Shown piece after piece: positions 18,309 to 26,651 of a DNA stretch of 64,000 nucleotides. The notes beneath the pieces were generated by a model that worked only from the letters and a program-made list of their open reading frames with translations, did no database searches and was not told the DNA's origin. Position 1 is the stretch's first letter. The number at the start of each line of letters is the position of its first letter. The position numbers were made by a program, and so were the translations under genes. Origin of the DNA: Candidatus Omnitrophota bacterium (lineage in GTDB: Bacteria > Omnitrophota > Gorgyraeia > Gygaellales > Profunditerraquicolaceae); assembly GCA_025453395.1 (NCBI GenBank), contig JALOQK010000001.1:74244-138243 (forward strand). Direction: 5' to 3'.

Positions 18309-18976
18309 TAAAGCCCCCTTATCCCTGAAAAAATAATAACTGCCCCCATGATTAATAAAATCAACGCTGCCGCGCGTTTTGCATAAAACATCCACTTTCC
18401 GGATTTAGGCATTGATAAAATCACGCTTCCTAAAAATCCGGCAAGAATAAATATCATCCCCAGGCCATAGGCAAAGCTTAAAAGAAGACTTGCGCCGTAG
18501 AAAACATTTTGTTTTGCCGCCAACAAAAGCAATATCGAGCCTAATACGGGGCTGACACAAGGGGTGATCACCAAAGCAGAAGTTATCCCTAAAACAAAAA
18601 CCCCTGAATAGCCGCATCCCTTAGGTTTTACTGACTTGGTAATATTTAAAAAAGGTAGATTCACCAAGTCAAACATTGCCGCACCAAATAAAATAACGAT
18701 TAAGCCGATGATGATCTGGGTAACTGGGTGGCTTGAAACAGTGCCAAAGACTTTTCCAGTCAAAGAGGCCAAGATCCCAAGCAGCATATAGGTAAAAGCT
18801 AACCCCGAACTATAGGCTAATCCTAAAAGGAACCCTTTTAGTTTTGAGCCGGCACAGCTTATACCGATATAACTTAAGCTAACCGGCAAAAGCGGATACA
18901 CGCAAGGAGTCAAGCTTAAAAGAACGCCCCCCAAGAAAGCAATTAAATAATCAAGAATTCCGCCGGACAGATTCAT
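18308..18976 (-). CDS. CcdA/DsbD-type transmembrane electron transporter
   Basis: SLTPCVYPLLP and TPCVSPVL Cys pair. Confidence 0.88.
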   Translation of the reverse strand: MNLSGGILDYLIAFLGGVLLSLTPCVYPLLPVSLSYIGISCAGSKLKGFLLGLAYSSGLAFTYMLLGILASLTGKVFGTVSSHPVTQIIIGLIVILFGAAMFDLVNLPFLNITKSVKPKGCGYSGVFVLGITSALVITPCVSPVLGSILLLLAAKQNVFYGASLLLSFAYGLGMIFILAGFLGSVILSMPKSGKWMFYAKRAAALILLIMGAVIIFSGIRGL

Positions 18977-19271
18977 CAATCCATTTAAGGTAGCTTTTTA
19001 TTCCGCCGATTATAGGAAGGGCTATAATTTCCGGAACTTGGTAACTATGTAGAGATTTTACCTTTTTAATGATCTTATTCAAAAGTGATTTCTTAGACTT
19101 AATTATCATCAAGCACTCATTTGCCTGATCAATCTTTTTTTCCCACCAGAAAAATGAACTTACCCCCTGCAAAATATTCACGCAGGCGGCCAATTTATTT
19201 TCCAGAAGGCCGTTTGATATTTTTACTGCTTCCTCTTTGCTGGAAGCTGTGACTAAAACTACGATATACAT
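18951..19271 (-). CDS. cutA: divalent-cation tolerance protein CutA
   Basis: KLAACVNI, HSYQVPEIIALP, YLKW. Confidence 0.93.
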   Translation of the reverse strand: MYIVVLVTASSKEEAVKISNGLLENKLAACVNILQGVSSFFWWEKKIDQANECLMIIKSKKSLLNKIIKKVKSLHSYQVPEIIALPIIGGIKSYLKWIDESVRRNS

Positions 19272-19339
19272 TATTGTCCCCTATATTAGAATCATACCAC
19301 GAAATAAACTTATCTTCAAGGCATCCGGAAGCTCTTATA

Positions 19340-19588
19340 CTAATTAGAAGCCTTTTCCTCTATCTTCATGGATTTTATTTTCCCGAATTGCGCGCAGATG
19401 TCAAAGATGATCGTCGGCTCTTCCACAGTCATGCTGATCTTATACTGATCAGTCCGCGATAAACCATTCTCTTCTATTTGAGCTACTTGAATAGCCTGCG
19501 CGAATTCCACAAGGGCACTTTTTACCGCCTGAAGGTTTGTCGCGGTATACGTGTGAAGAATAAAATCTAAAGTATAGTAAGGTATCAT
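19340..19588 (-). CDS. hypothetical protein (82 aa)
   Basis: ATGA overlap with upstream gene; in operon orientation. Confidence 0.65.
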   Translation of the reverse strand: MIPYYTLDFILHTYTATNLQAVKSALVEFAQAIQVAQIEENGLSRTDQYKISMTVEEPTIIFDICAQFGKIKSMKIEEKASN

Positions 19589-20298
19589 TTAAGCATAAGC
19601 GCTGACATCATCCTGCCGCAAGAAACGCCTTCTTTACGATAAGAAAAATATTTATTATTATTGCAAAAGTTACACTCTTGTTTATCCTCAATGTTTCTTG
19701 GATCGACCCCCCAAGAAACTATCTGCCTTTTATTGGCATTTCCCAAATCGAAATAATATTTACCGCCTTTAAAAGTTACATCTTCGGGAAAGAAATCTTT
19801 GAATTCTTCTCCCACTTCATAGCAACAACTCTTTATGCGGGGGCCGAACCCGCAATACACGTTCTCTGGAGAAGTAGAAAACTCTTTGCGCATATATTCC
19901 AGAGTTTTTAAACATATCTGTTTTTTTGTCCCGCGCCATCCGGCATGCACTATTCCCGCGGCATGATTCTTTTTGTCATAGATAAAAACTGCTAAGCAAT
20001 CCGCGGTAAATACTGCCATGGGCAAGCCTGCGGCATTAGTAATAAAGGCATCAGTTTTATCAAAAGCGCTATCAGGCGACAACGCGCCCCTTCCAGCATC
20101 TGCTAAGACTACTTTTCTTACCATAGCAGAATGCGCCTGAACCCCGCAGGCAAGCTTCTTGTAATCTATACCCAAAAAACTTAAGAAATCTTTCCGATTC
20201 TGCAAAGAGCTTGTTGTGTCCCCGTGGGCCAAAGACATATTATAAGGCTTACTGCTTGTAGCGCAAATTAAACCTGGAAGATTAAACACGCAGGGCAT
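19585..20298 (-). CDS. pgeF: PgeF/YfiH purine nucleoside phosphorylase (laccase domain)
   Basis: QAHS, TADC, HAGWRG, CCYEVG, FSYR. Confidence 0.9.
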   Translation of the reverse strand: MPCVFNLPGLICATSSKPYNMSLAHGDTTSSLQNRKDFLSFLGIDYKKLACGVQAHSAMVRKVVLADAGRGALSPDSAFDKTDAFITNAAGLPMAVFTADCLAVFIYDKKNHAAGIVHAGWRGTKKQICLKTLEYMRKEFSTSPENVYCGFGPRIKSCCYEVGEEFKDFFPEDVTFKGGKYYFDLGNANKRQIVSWGVDPRNIEDKQECNFCNNNKYFSYRKEGVSCGRMMSALMLK

Positions 20299-21212
20299 CA
20301 AGATTGTTTTTCCTGTATCTTTTCCAGCTGCTGGGTAATTTTCTCCAGATGTTTAAAGCTTTCTTCAAATTTACCGCGGGTGTTATTAATATGCGCGCCT
20401 AAAGTAGTAAAATCCTCCTGAAATTTATTCATCTGAACGCCAAGCGCGCTTAACCCTTTGAGTATTGCCTTGGCATTTTCTTCTATCTGAAGCCCTTTTA
20501 AACCCATACAAATAATCTCTAGATAAGCGTAAAAGGTATTCGGTGATACCGGAATGATCTTCTTGGCAGTAAAAATACCCAGCATGTCCTGGTTGACAAT
20601 GATTTCATAGTAGACATTTTCCGCCGGAATATACATAAAAGCAAAATCATAAGTACCCTCATCAGGAAGAATGTACTTAGAGGAGATTTCGTCAATGCGA
20701 TTCTTCACATCCTGTGTAAAACGCTTACGAAAAGAATTCTTGGCGTCTTCATCAACTGCTTCCTGCAAGCGCTGAAAATTCTCTAAGCTGAACTTGGCGT
20801 CAATAGAAAGCACTTTTCCGGCAAGCTTGATTACCGCGTCCACCGCGTCGCCGGTTTTAAAACGATATTGAAGCGCGAAATATTGTTTAGGCAAAACTTC
20901 AGCTAAAAGATTTTCCAGCATCCGTTCGCCTAATTGCCCGCGGAATTTAGGCGCTCTTAAAAGCTGCTGCAAGGCAGATATATCCCGGCTTATCTCAACG
21001 ATCTGGCGGTTGGTTTCTTCCAGCTTACCCAGCTTTTCATACACCCCGCTAAACACTGTGGTGGTATTTCCAAGCGACTGGGTAAAGAATTTCCTGGCCT
21101 CATCCACCGCGCCTGTAACTTCAGAAAGCTTCTGATTGATCTTGCGGATAAGAAAAAATAACAGGCAGGCGATAAATATACCAACAATAATTAACACTAA
21201 ATTAGTTATCAT
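20298..21212 (-). CDS. rmuC: DNA recombination protein RmuC
   Basis: RGQLGE..L, IDAKF, KYILPDEGTYDFAFMYIPAE, VSPNT. Confidence 0.9.
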   Translation of the reverse strand: MITNLVLIIVGIFIACLLFFLIRKINQKLSEVTGAVDEARKFFTQSLGNTTTVFSGVYEKLGKLEETNRQIVEISRDISALQQLLRAPKFRGQLGERMLENLLAEVLPKQYFALQYRFKTGDAVDAVIKLAGKVLSIDAKFSLENFQRLQEAVDEDAKNSFRKRFTQDVKNRIDEISSKYILPDEGTYDFAFMYIPAENVYYEIIVNQDMLGIFTAKKIIPVSPNTFYAYLEIICMGLKGLQIEENAKAILKGLSALGVQMNKFQEDFTTLGAHINNTRGKFEESFKHLEKITQQLEKIQEKQS

Positions 21213-21254
21213 TATTCTCTATTCCCGATTTCCGCCATCTTTTTTATCTTTTTA

Positions 21255-21320
21255 TTTTGGTTATTGGACATTGGTGTTTGATTATTATTTGGTTATTTAA
21301 CATTTGGTTATTGGTTATTT
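21255..21320. repeat. family B heptamer element, single arm
   Basis: TTGGTTATTGGACATTGGTGTTTGATTATTATTTGG matches the reverse complement of the left arm at 33054-33122. Confidence 0.7.
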
Positions 21321-21363
21321 ACTACTTTTACCTTTTTGCTTTATTTATTATACCATTTACCCG

Positions 21364-22083
21364 CTAAAGCAAGTAATCCTTTTTCACGCGCTTAATACTT
21401 CTGAAGATGTTTTTCTTCACATCGGGGCAGACTTTTTCCAACTCTTGTATGATGCGGGAAATTCTGGTGCGATTTGAGATGTGGTAATTAGGACATGTGC
21501 AATCATAGGTTTTAAGTTTCTCGGATTTTACAAACCTCTCTATCAACCTTTCCTCCACATAGGCCAAGGGGCGGATAATCTGGATTTTCCCGTGGAATAA
21601 TTCCTGTTTGGGATTCATCGCGGAAATCTCGCCTTGAAAGAAAAGATTTAAAAGCGTAGTCTGGATAATATCGTCAAAATGATGCCCTAATGCCACCTTA
21701 TTACAACCCAACCTGTCCGAACATTTAAAAAGCGCCTTGCGCCTGTTCCAGGCGCACCAAAAACAGGTAATATCCTTTTTCTTCATCTTTCTTAACTCAT
21801 CGGTTTTTTCTATATGATACTCTACCCCCATTTTCTGGAAGTGCTTTTCCAGTTGTTTTGCCGATGATTTGGGATAACCCATGTCAATATGGATAGCTAC
21901 CAGGGAATATTTGATAGGGACAAAGGTCCTTCTGTCGTTTAAAACCCGAAGAAGCGTCAAGCTGTCTTTACCGCCAGAAACAGCAACCGCAACCTTATCG
22001 CCTTCCTGAAGCATATCATAGTCGGTAATTGCCTTTCCGATACGCTTGGAAACATAAAACTCTTCGCCCTTAATAATTGACAT
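21364..22083 (-). CDS. ttcA: tRNA 2-thiocytidine biosynthesis protein TtcA
   Basis: SGGKDS PP-loop, CFWC, GHHFDD, IIRPL, CTCP. Confidence 0.88.
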   Translation of the reverse strand: MSIIKGEEFYVSKRIGKAITDYDMLQEGDKVAVAVSGGKDSLTLLRVLNDRRTFVPIKYSLVAIHIDMGYPKSSAKQLEKHFQKMGVEYHIEKTDELRKMKKKDITCFWCAWNRRKALFKCSDRLGCNKVALGHHFDDIIQTTLLNLFFQGEISAMNPKQELFHGKIQIIRPLAYVEERLIERFVKSEKLKTYDCTCPNYHISNRTRISRIIQELEKVCPDVKKNIFRSIKRVKKDYLL

Positions 22084-22128
22084 AGCGTTTAATTATACAG
22101 CCTCAAATTAAAAAACCAAACATATTTC

Positions 22129-22234
22129 TTAGCTAAAAAATTAAAGCGTAAAGCTAAAAACTACAGTGCAAAATTAAAAATTTTTAATTTTGAATTATGG
22201 TTTTTAGTTTTACGCTTTTAGCTTTACGCTTTTT
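22129..22234. mobile_element. family A element copy 2
   Basis: AAAGCGT..CTACAGTGCAAAATT / AATTTTGAATTATGG..ACGCTTT. Confidence 0.75.
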
Positions 22235-22240
22235 GCCTCT

Positions 22241-22453
22241 TTATCTACTGCGGCGTATGGCAGCTAAACTTATTTTTCTTTTTGTTTCGGCGGAATGGTG
22301 CTTTCCGTACATGGGGTTATTTTTGCCTTTAGTAGCTTGTGATATTTTAGCCAGGGAAGATTTCTTGTGGCGCTTTCCGTACATGGAATTACTCTTTCCT
22401 CTTTGCGCTAAACTGATCTTGCGCTTTGTCGCCTCTGACTGCTTTCTCTTCAT
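22241..22453 (-). CDS. stand-alone NUMOD3-repeat small basic protein
   Basis: SEATKRKISLA, GKNNPMYGKHHSAETKRKIS; GGAGG RBS; own TTGAGA-17-TATAAT promoter. Confidence 0.8.
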   Translation of the reverse strand: MKRKQSEATKRKISLAQRGKSNSMYGKRHKKSSLAKISQATKGKNNPMYGKHHSAETKRKISLAAIRRSR

Positions 22454-22524
22454 ATGCCCTCCATTTGTTTATATTATACCCCAATCCAGTCAAAATCTCA
22501 ATCTTAAATTTTGCCAAAAAGGCT

Positions 22525-22556
22525 AACACCCGCGCAATACAAGTTAAGCGCGGGTG
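22525..22556. repeat. GC-rich hairpin (family H); empty site for the 20-bp palindrome
   Basis: AACACCCGCG^CAATACAAGTTAAGCGCGGGTG; homologous to 46652-46706. Confidence 0.7.
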
Positions 22557-22603
22557 CCGGAACAAAACAACAATATCTATTTAGCTAAAGCGTCTACAAA
22601 CTA

Positions 22604-23002
22604 TTAACTAACCTCAACGCCATGTTTTCGCTTAAATTCTTCTTTCACTTTGGGAAAAATCAGGAAAGATAATTTATAATAAGGTTTAATAAATAAGGAA
22701 TTTAACAACTGCGGGATTTCGCTTTCTGGTGTTACAGGCTCAAAGAAATATTCCTTGGCCTGCTCAACAGTTAAAAAAGGCTTCCAAAGAAGCATTCCAA
22801 CACCCATACCTAAAAATGTAAAAATATAAAGCATTGTTCCAGTTAATGGCAGGACTGCGCAAAAAATTATAAAACGGCTTGGTTTTGGCCCGAATATAAA
22901 TGCTAAAAAACAAATTGAGGCTATTATGCCTACGAAAATAACAAACATCATTACCAGAAAAGCTATAAAATTAACCAACTGTTTAAATTTTTCTTTGTTC
23001 AT
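22604..23002 (-). CDS. hypothetical membrane protein
   Basis: 132 aa, two hydrophobic helices, AT-rich. Confidence 0.65.
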   Translation of the reverse strand: MNKEKFKQLVNFIAFLVMMFVIFVGIIASICFLAFIFGPKPSRFIIFCAVLPLTGTMLYIFTFLGMGVGMLLWKPFLTVEQAKEYFFEPVTPESEIPQLLNSLFIKPYYKLSFLIFPKVKEEFKRKHGVEVS

Positions 23003-23030
23003 AGTTATTTTCTGTCGGCCTTGCCTTTTC

Positions 23031-23579
23031 TTACTTGAATGATTTTAAGGTAAAGGCCCCTATTAAACCTAATCCAAAACATATTGGCACAGTATAAGCA
23101 GCCATCTTAGCAAGCGCCTTCATGGATTCACGAAATGAAACTTCCTTGGTGCCTTGGGCTTCCTTATTAAATACTTTTCTGGCTGGCGGGATACACCAAG
23201 CCAAAAGATTTGCTACTATCATCCCCAACGCCAGAGAAGAAAAAATAAGAGGCACCATAAGAAGAAAACTTGAAATAAAGCTTTCGGCGGACATCTTCCC
23301 TCTCCAGAATTGCGAAAACTTACCGGCATGTTCCGGGAATATCAGGATATGAATATTCCATAGTATTTTGAATTGAAAAACCCAACTAAACCATACACCC
23401 AACACAGTAAACGGTATTAAAATCAAATTCCACGGACTTTTTCTACGGCCGGCTCTTGCAGTAGCTTCGGTCAGATATTCCCCACCGGATTTAGTCTTGG
23501 AAGCTATATGCAAAATAACCCAGATAAGAATTATGCTAACAGCTGGAACAAGTAAACTAGATAAGATTTCTCTTTTCAT
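23031..23579 (-). CDS. hypothetical membrane protein, probably leaderless
   Basis: About 4 TM segments; ATG 7 nt after TTGAGA-17-TATAAT. Confidence 0.7.
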   Translation of the reverse strand: MKREILSSLLVPAVSIILIWVILHIASKTKSGGEYLTEATARAGRRKSPWNLILIPFTVLGVWFSWVFQFKILWNIHILIFPEHAGKFSQFWRGKMSAESFISSFLLMVPLIFSSLALGMIVANLLAWCIPPARKVFNKEAQGTKEVSFRESMKALAKMAAYTVPICFGLGLIGAFTLKSFK

Positions 23580-23625
23580 CATATTTATTATATCGCTGTC
23601 AAATCAAAATCTCAATTATAATTTT

Positions 23626-23672
23626 CGACCGGTCACAAATTGTGACCAGTTCATCTATTTCAGCTTTTGCCA
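23626..23672 (-). pseudogene. ORF6N-like DNA-binding protein remnant
   Basis: Minus frame reads KAEIDELVTICDRS over the palindrome GGTCACAAATTGTGACC, resembling the ELVTNCDR segment of ORF6N proteins. Confidence 0.4.
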
Positions 23673-23701
23673 CCTCCCTGCCCAGAAAGGGCACATTTGC
23701 G

Positions 23702-23721
23702 CCTGCCTGCCGGCAGGCAGG
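23702..23721. mobile_element. 20-bp palindrome CCTGCCTGCCGGCAGGCAGG
   Basis: Perfect palindrome between G and C of TTGCG^CAA. Confidence 0.8.
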
Positions 23722-23750
23722 CAATTCCGATAAGCACAAGGTATCTACCT

Positions 23751-23825
23751 TATTAGACGAGGGAGATTGTTAAATCTTACAAAAATAAAAAGGACGGTTA
23801 TTTTTAATAGAACCGTCCCTTTATT
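23751..23825 (-). promoter_or_regulatory. family G hairpin plus putative ECF-sigma promoter
   Basis: Minus strand TGTAAG-16-CGTCTAATA; repeated at 24443-24473. Confidence 0.55.
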
Positions 23826-23836
23826 TGCTTATTTGC

Positions 23837-24088
23837 TTATCTTACCCCTTGCGCCACCTGATGCAGGATTTCGGAAATAAAAGTTTGGTATTTAACGCCC
23901 AATTGCCTTGCTTTTTGCTTAATATGTTCCAGATCATAGCTATTCACCCGGATATTCAACACCGCGTCTTTCTTTCTGGCTTCAAGCATCCGCGCGATTC
24001 TATCGTATTCCTCTTTACCCGCAGGCACAAACTCTTCAAAATGATCTTCAATCCATTGCTCCTCTTTGGTTAATTTTATCTTTCTCAT
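23837..24088 (-). CDS. antitoxin, CopG/BrnA-like RHH
   Basis: KKDAVLNIRV..KARQLGVKYQTFISEILH; ATGA overlap with toxin. Confidence 0.85.
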   Translation of the reverse strand: MRKIKLTKEEQWIEDHFEEFVPAGKEEYDRIARMLEARKKDAVLNIRVNSYDLEHIKQKARQLGVKYQTFISEILHQVAQGVR

Positions 24089-24345
24089 ATAATCACCTCT
24101 TTCTTATAAATTTTCTTGTATTTACGACACGGATATAATGTTTTTAAGAAAATACCTTCTGCGTCAGCAACAAATGGCGCCGCCCAAACATACCCATTAT
24201 GTTCATATATCAAAATCCCTTGATTGTTCCTGCTTGGATGTTGCAGGACATCTAAAAACTTTGCTTTGACTATTTCTTCGAATGAAACGCCACGTATGCG
24301 TTTTAATCTTGCACTTTTTGTTACATTCCATCTGATTGCCTCCAT
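24085..24345 (-). CDS. BrnT-like toxin
   Basis: WNVTKSARLKRIRGVSFEEIV, HPSR, IFLKTLYP.RK. Confidence 0.85.
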   Translation of the reverse strand: MEAIRWNVTKSARLKRIRGVSFEEIVKAKFLDVLQHPSRNNQGILIYEHNGYVWAAPFVADAEGIFLKTLYPCRKYKKIYKKEVII

Positions 24346-24364
24346 AAAATTGTCGTGCCGCTTG

Positions 24365-24404
24365 TTGTATATACAATTGTATTATAAAGAGACCTCCTTG
24401 TCAA
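24365..24404 (-). promoter_or_regulatory. TA operon promoter with palindromic operator
   Basis: TTGACA-17-TACAAT overlapped by TTGTATATACAA and ATACAATTGTAT. Confidence 0.75.
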
Positions 24405-24442
24405 ATTCTTTTATTTCCACGGCACCTACCCCCTTTCATCCA

Positions 24443-24572
24443 TATTAGACGAAGGAGGTTGCTGAATCTTACACAAAAAGTGTAGGCCAGCTTATCCTAT
24501 AAAGCTGGGCCTTACAAAAAAGTCACAAGGTCACAAAAAAAGGACGGCTCATTTTAATGAGGCCGCCCTTTA
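24443..24572 (-). promoter_or_regulatory. second family G hairpin plus putative ECF promoter module
   Basis: TGTAAG-16-CGTCTAATA; degenerate GGACGGCTCATT-AATGAGGCCGCCC hairpin; extra hairpin at 24481-24515. Confidence 0.5.
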
Positions 24573-24613
24573 TCCTGCCCTTAATTGTTTTGTAATTTAT
24601 TGGAAGACTAGAG

Positions 24614-24726
24614 GTTAGCTAAAGCGTCTACAAATAATGAATTTTAAATTGTGGTTTTGCCTGCCTGTCTGCCGTAGGCAGACCTACCGGCAGGTAGGCG
24701 TTTTTCGCTTTTAGCTTTACGCTAAC
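24614..24726. mobile_element. family A element carrying two nested palindromes (24660-24698)
   Basis: GTTAGC..GCTAAC ends; CCTG[CCTGTCTGCCGTAGGCAGA]CCTACCGGCAGGTAGG interrupts the heptamer arm. Confidence 0.7.
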
Positions 24727-24811
24727 TAAGCTCTACCCGAGCTAGTGACAATCTGTCCTGCTTCGCCATTTAACTAACAAAATATGGTATGGCTTCGCAG
24801 AGACTGCGCCA

Positions 24812-26650
24812 TCATGCAAGTCTATTAGAATCGGCGATGGCTTGCTTTATCTTATCCGTTACTTTATGCTTAGCTAATTCTTCCAAAGAAAGCGGAAGAA
24901 CCAAAGACCAGTTGGTCTGATTGGTAGTTCCGGGAAAGTTGATGCGGTATTGGTAAGGATCACCTTTAAAAATGCCTCCCATAGAGAGTAAATCCGTGAT
25001 CAATTGGATGGAAAATATTGCGGAAGTTTCATAATTAAACTTTAACGCCTTTTCTACTAGCTCATCACTTGCTTCTTCTTGCATGACACCAGTCATTCCT
25101 AGAAGTTTCCAAAGTTTTTCTTTTTCCTGATAAGTATTCTGATACATCTCAATAAAGTCGCCGACTTCTTCTTTTCTTTTGCCTAAGATCCAAACCAAAG
25201 TATCAATATTATCTATTGAATTTTTCCAACGCAAACGCCCATGGCAGGATAACGCGGCATCAAAAAGTTTATCTTTAGTCAACTCGTAATCTATTCTTCT
25301 ATCCTGACACTTACAGGCAAAAAGCCCGTCGTCAATTGTGCCTGCCTCATATTTCCACCAGGCAGCGAAATTTGTCGTGTCATGAGTTGAGAGCATGGTT
25401 ACAGAAGTTTTACGATACTCATAAGCAGGCAAAAAATCATGCCGGTTGCTCCAATCCTTGACCCAGCGCGCCACATCATTACCCGGTATGCCCATATCAC
25501 GCAGGGTATCTGTGCAAACCTTAGGGATTACCCCTAGATCCTCAGCGCACAAAAGCATATCCGATGAATCAAGCATTACTGACAAAATATCCCGGCCCTG
25601 TTTGCCCCAAACATTTTCATCAACTGGGTCAAACGCGCCGCGGCTGCCTTTATTCTCTTCTGGGTCGCTATAAGGAATACTCCAAATTCTAAACAACCCC
25701 ACCACATGGTCCACGCGCAAGATATTATAGAAATTAGAAGCGTATTTAAACTTCTCGCGCGCGTACCTGTAATCATCTTTAGCGATATTCTGCCAGTTAT
25801 AAGTAGGCATGCCCCAACGCTGACCCCTAGAGCAATACATATCAGGAGGGGCCCCTGATGCAAATTCAAGCTTAAAGAATCCCGGATTAGCCCAGACATC
25901 CGCGCTGTCCCGCGACACCAGAATCGGAAGGTCCCCCTTCAGAAAAACCCCCTTAGAATTGGCATGTTTCAAAACATCATTTAACTGTTTAAAAGCTACA
26001 TACTGCAGCCAAACCTGAAAATCTATTTCCTGTTTATTCTTGCGCTGTGCATGCTCAAGGGCTTTTTTGTCACGGCTTGCCAAATCCAAATCCCAATCAT
26101 ACCAGGCGCGCCCGCCTTGTGTTGCCTTAAGCACTTTAAAAAAAGCAAAGTCCTCCAGCCAATAGCTGTTCTCATGCCGGAATCTTATTAAAGCCTTATC
26201 ATCGCAAGTGCCGCTTAAAGAAAATATCTTCCAGAATAATTCCATTTTCCTTTGTTTGATCCGGTAATCCAGGTTCTTCGCAGGCAAAGGAAATTCCGCG
26301 CGGATTTTTTCTATATCCTGTTTCACATGCTTGATCTGCCCTGCAGGCAATAAAGAAAATGATATATACAAAGGCTCAATAGCAAAAGAACTCAAAGCAT
26401 CATAGGGGCAATTAACCCAGCCCATTTCATTAAGCGGCAATAGCTGCAAAATAGAATTACCGGTCTTGGCGCACCAGTCCACAAACTTTTTTAAATCCGC
26501 GAAATCTCCTACGCCAACGCTATCGCGTGAATACAGGGAAAATAAAGGCAGCGCCACCCCTGCTCTTTTTCCTGTTCCAATCTTCTGCCACTTAGAAGCG
26601 GATATGGTATTTAAAAGCGGATTTTCTTCTGCGAGTTTTTTATCTGTCAT
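24812..26650 (-). CDS. malQ: 4-alpha-glucanotransferase (GH77)
   Basis: GAPPD, QRWGMPTY, RVDHVVG, AEDLG, STHDT, INFPGT. Confidence 0.92.
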   Translation of the reverse strand: MTDKKLAEENPLLNTISASKWQKIGTGKRAGVALPLFSLYSRDSVGVGDFADLKKFVDWCAKTGNSILQLLPLNEMGWVNCPYDALSSFAIEPLYISFSLLPAGQIKHVKQDIEKIRAEFPLPAKNLDYRIKQRKMELFWKIFSLSGTCDDKALIRFRHENSYWLEDFAFFKVLKATQGGRAWYDWDLDLASRDKKALEHAQRKNKQEIDFQVWLQYVAFKQLNDVLKHANSKGVFLKGDLPILVSRDSADVWANPGFFKLEFASGAPPDMYCSRGQRWGMPTYNWQNIAKDDYRYAREKFKYASNFYNILRVDHVVGLFRIWSIPYSDPEENKGSRGAFDPVDENVWGKQGRDILSVMLDSSDMLLCAEDLGVIPKVCTDTLRDMGIPGNDVARWVKDWSNRHDFLPAYEYRKTSVTMLSTHDTTNFAAWWKYEAGTIDDGLFACKCQDRRIDYELTKDKLFDAALSCHGRLRWKNSIDNIDTLVWILGKRKEEVGDFIEMYQNTYQEKEKLWKLLGMTGVMQEEASDELVEKALKFNYETSAIFSIQLITDLLSMGGIFKGDPYQYRINFPGTTNQTNWSLVLPLSLEELAKHKVTDKIKQAIADSNRLA

Positions 26651-26651
26651 A

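Noticed and set aside
22197-22526. 109-aa plus-strand hydrophobic ORF
   Set aside because: Antisense shadow of the Lys-rich NUMOD3 gene, starting inside a repeat
23497-23733. 78-aa plus-strand ORF ending CLPAGRQ
   Set aside because: Antisense overlap plus translation of the 20-bp palindrome
22241-24634. Integron cassette array
   Set aside because: No integrase, and no convincing RYYYAAC..GTTRRRY attC folds between the genes; most genes have their own promoters
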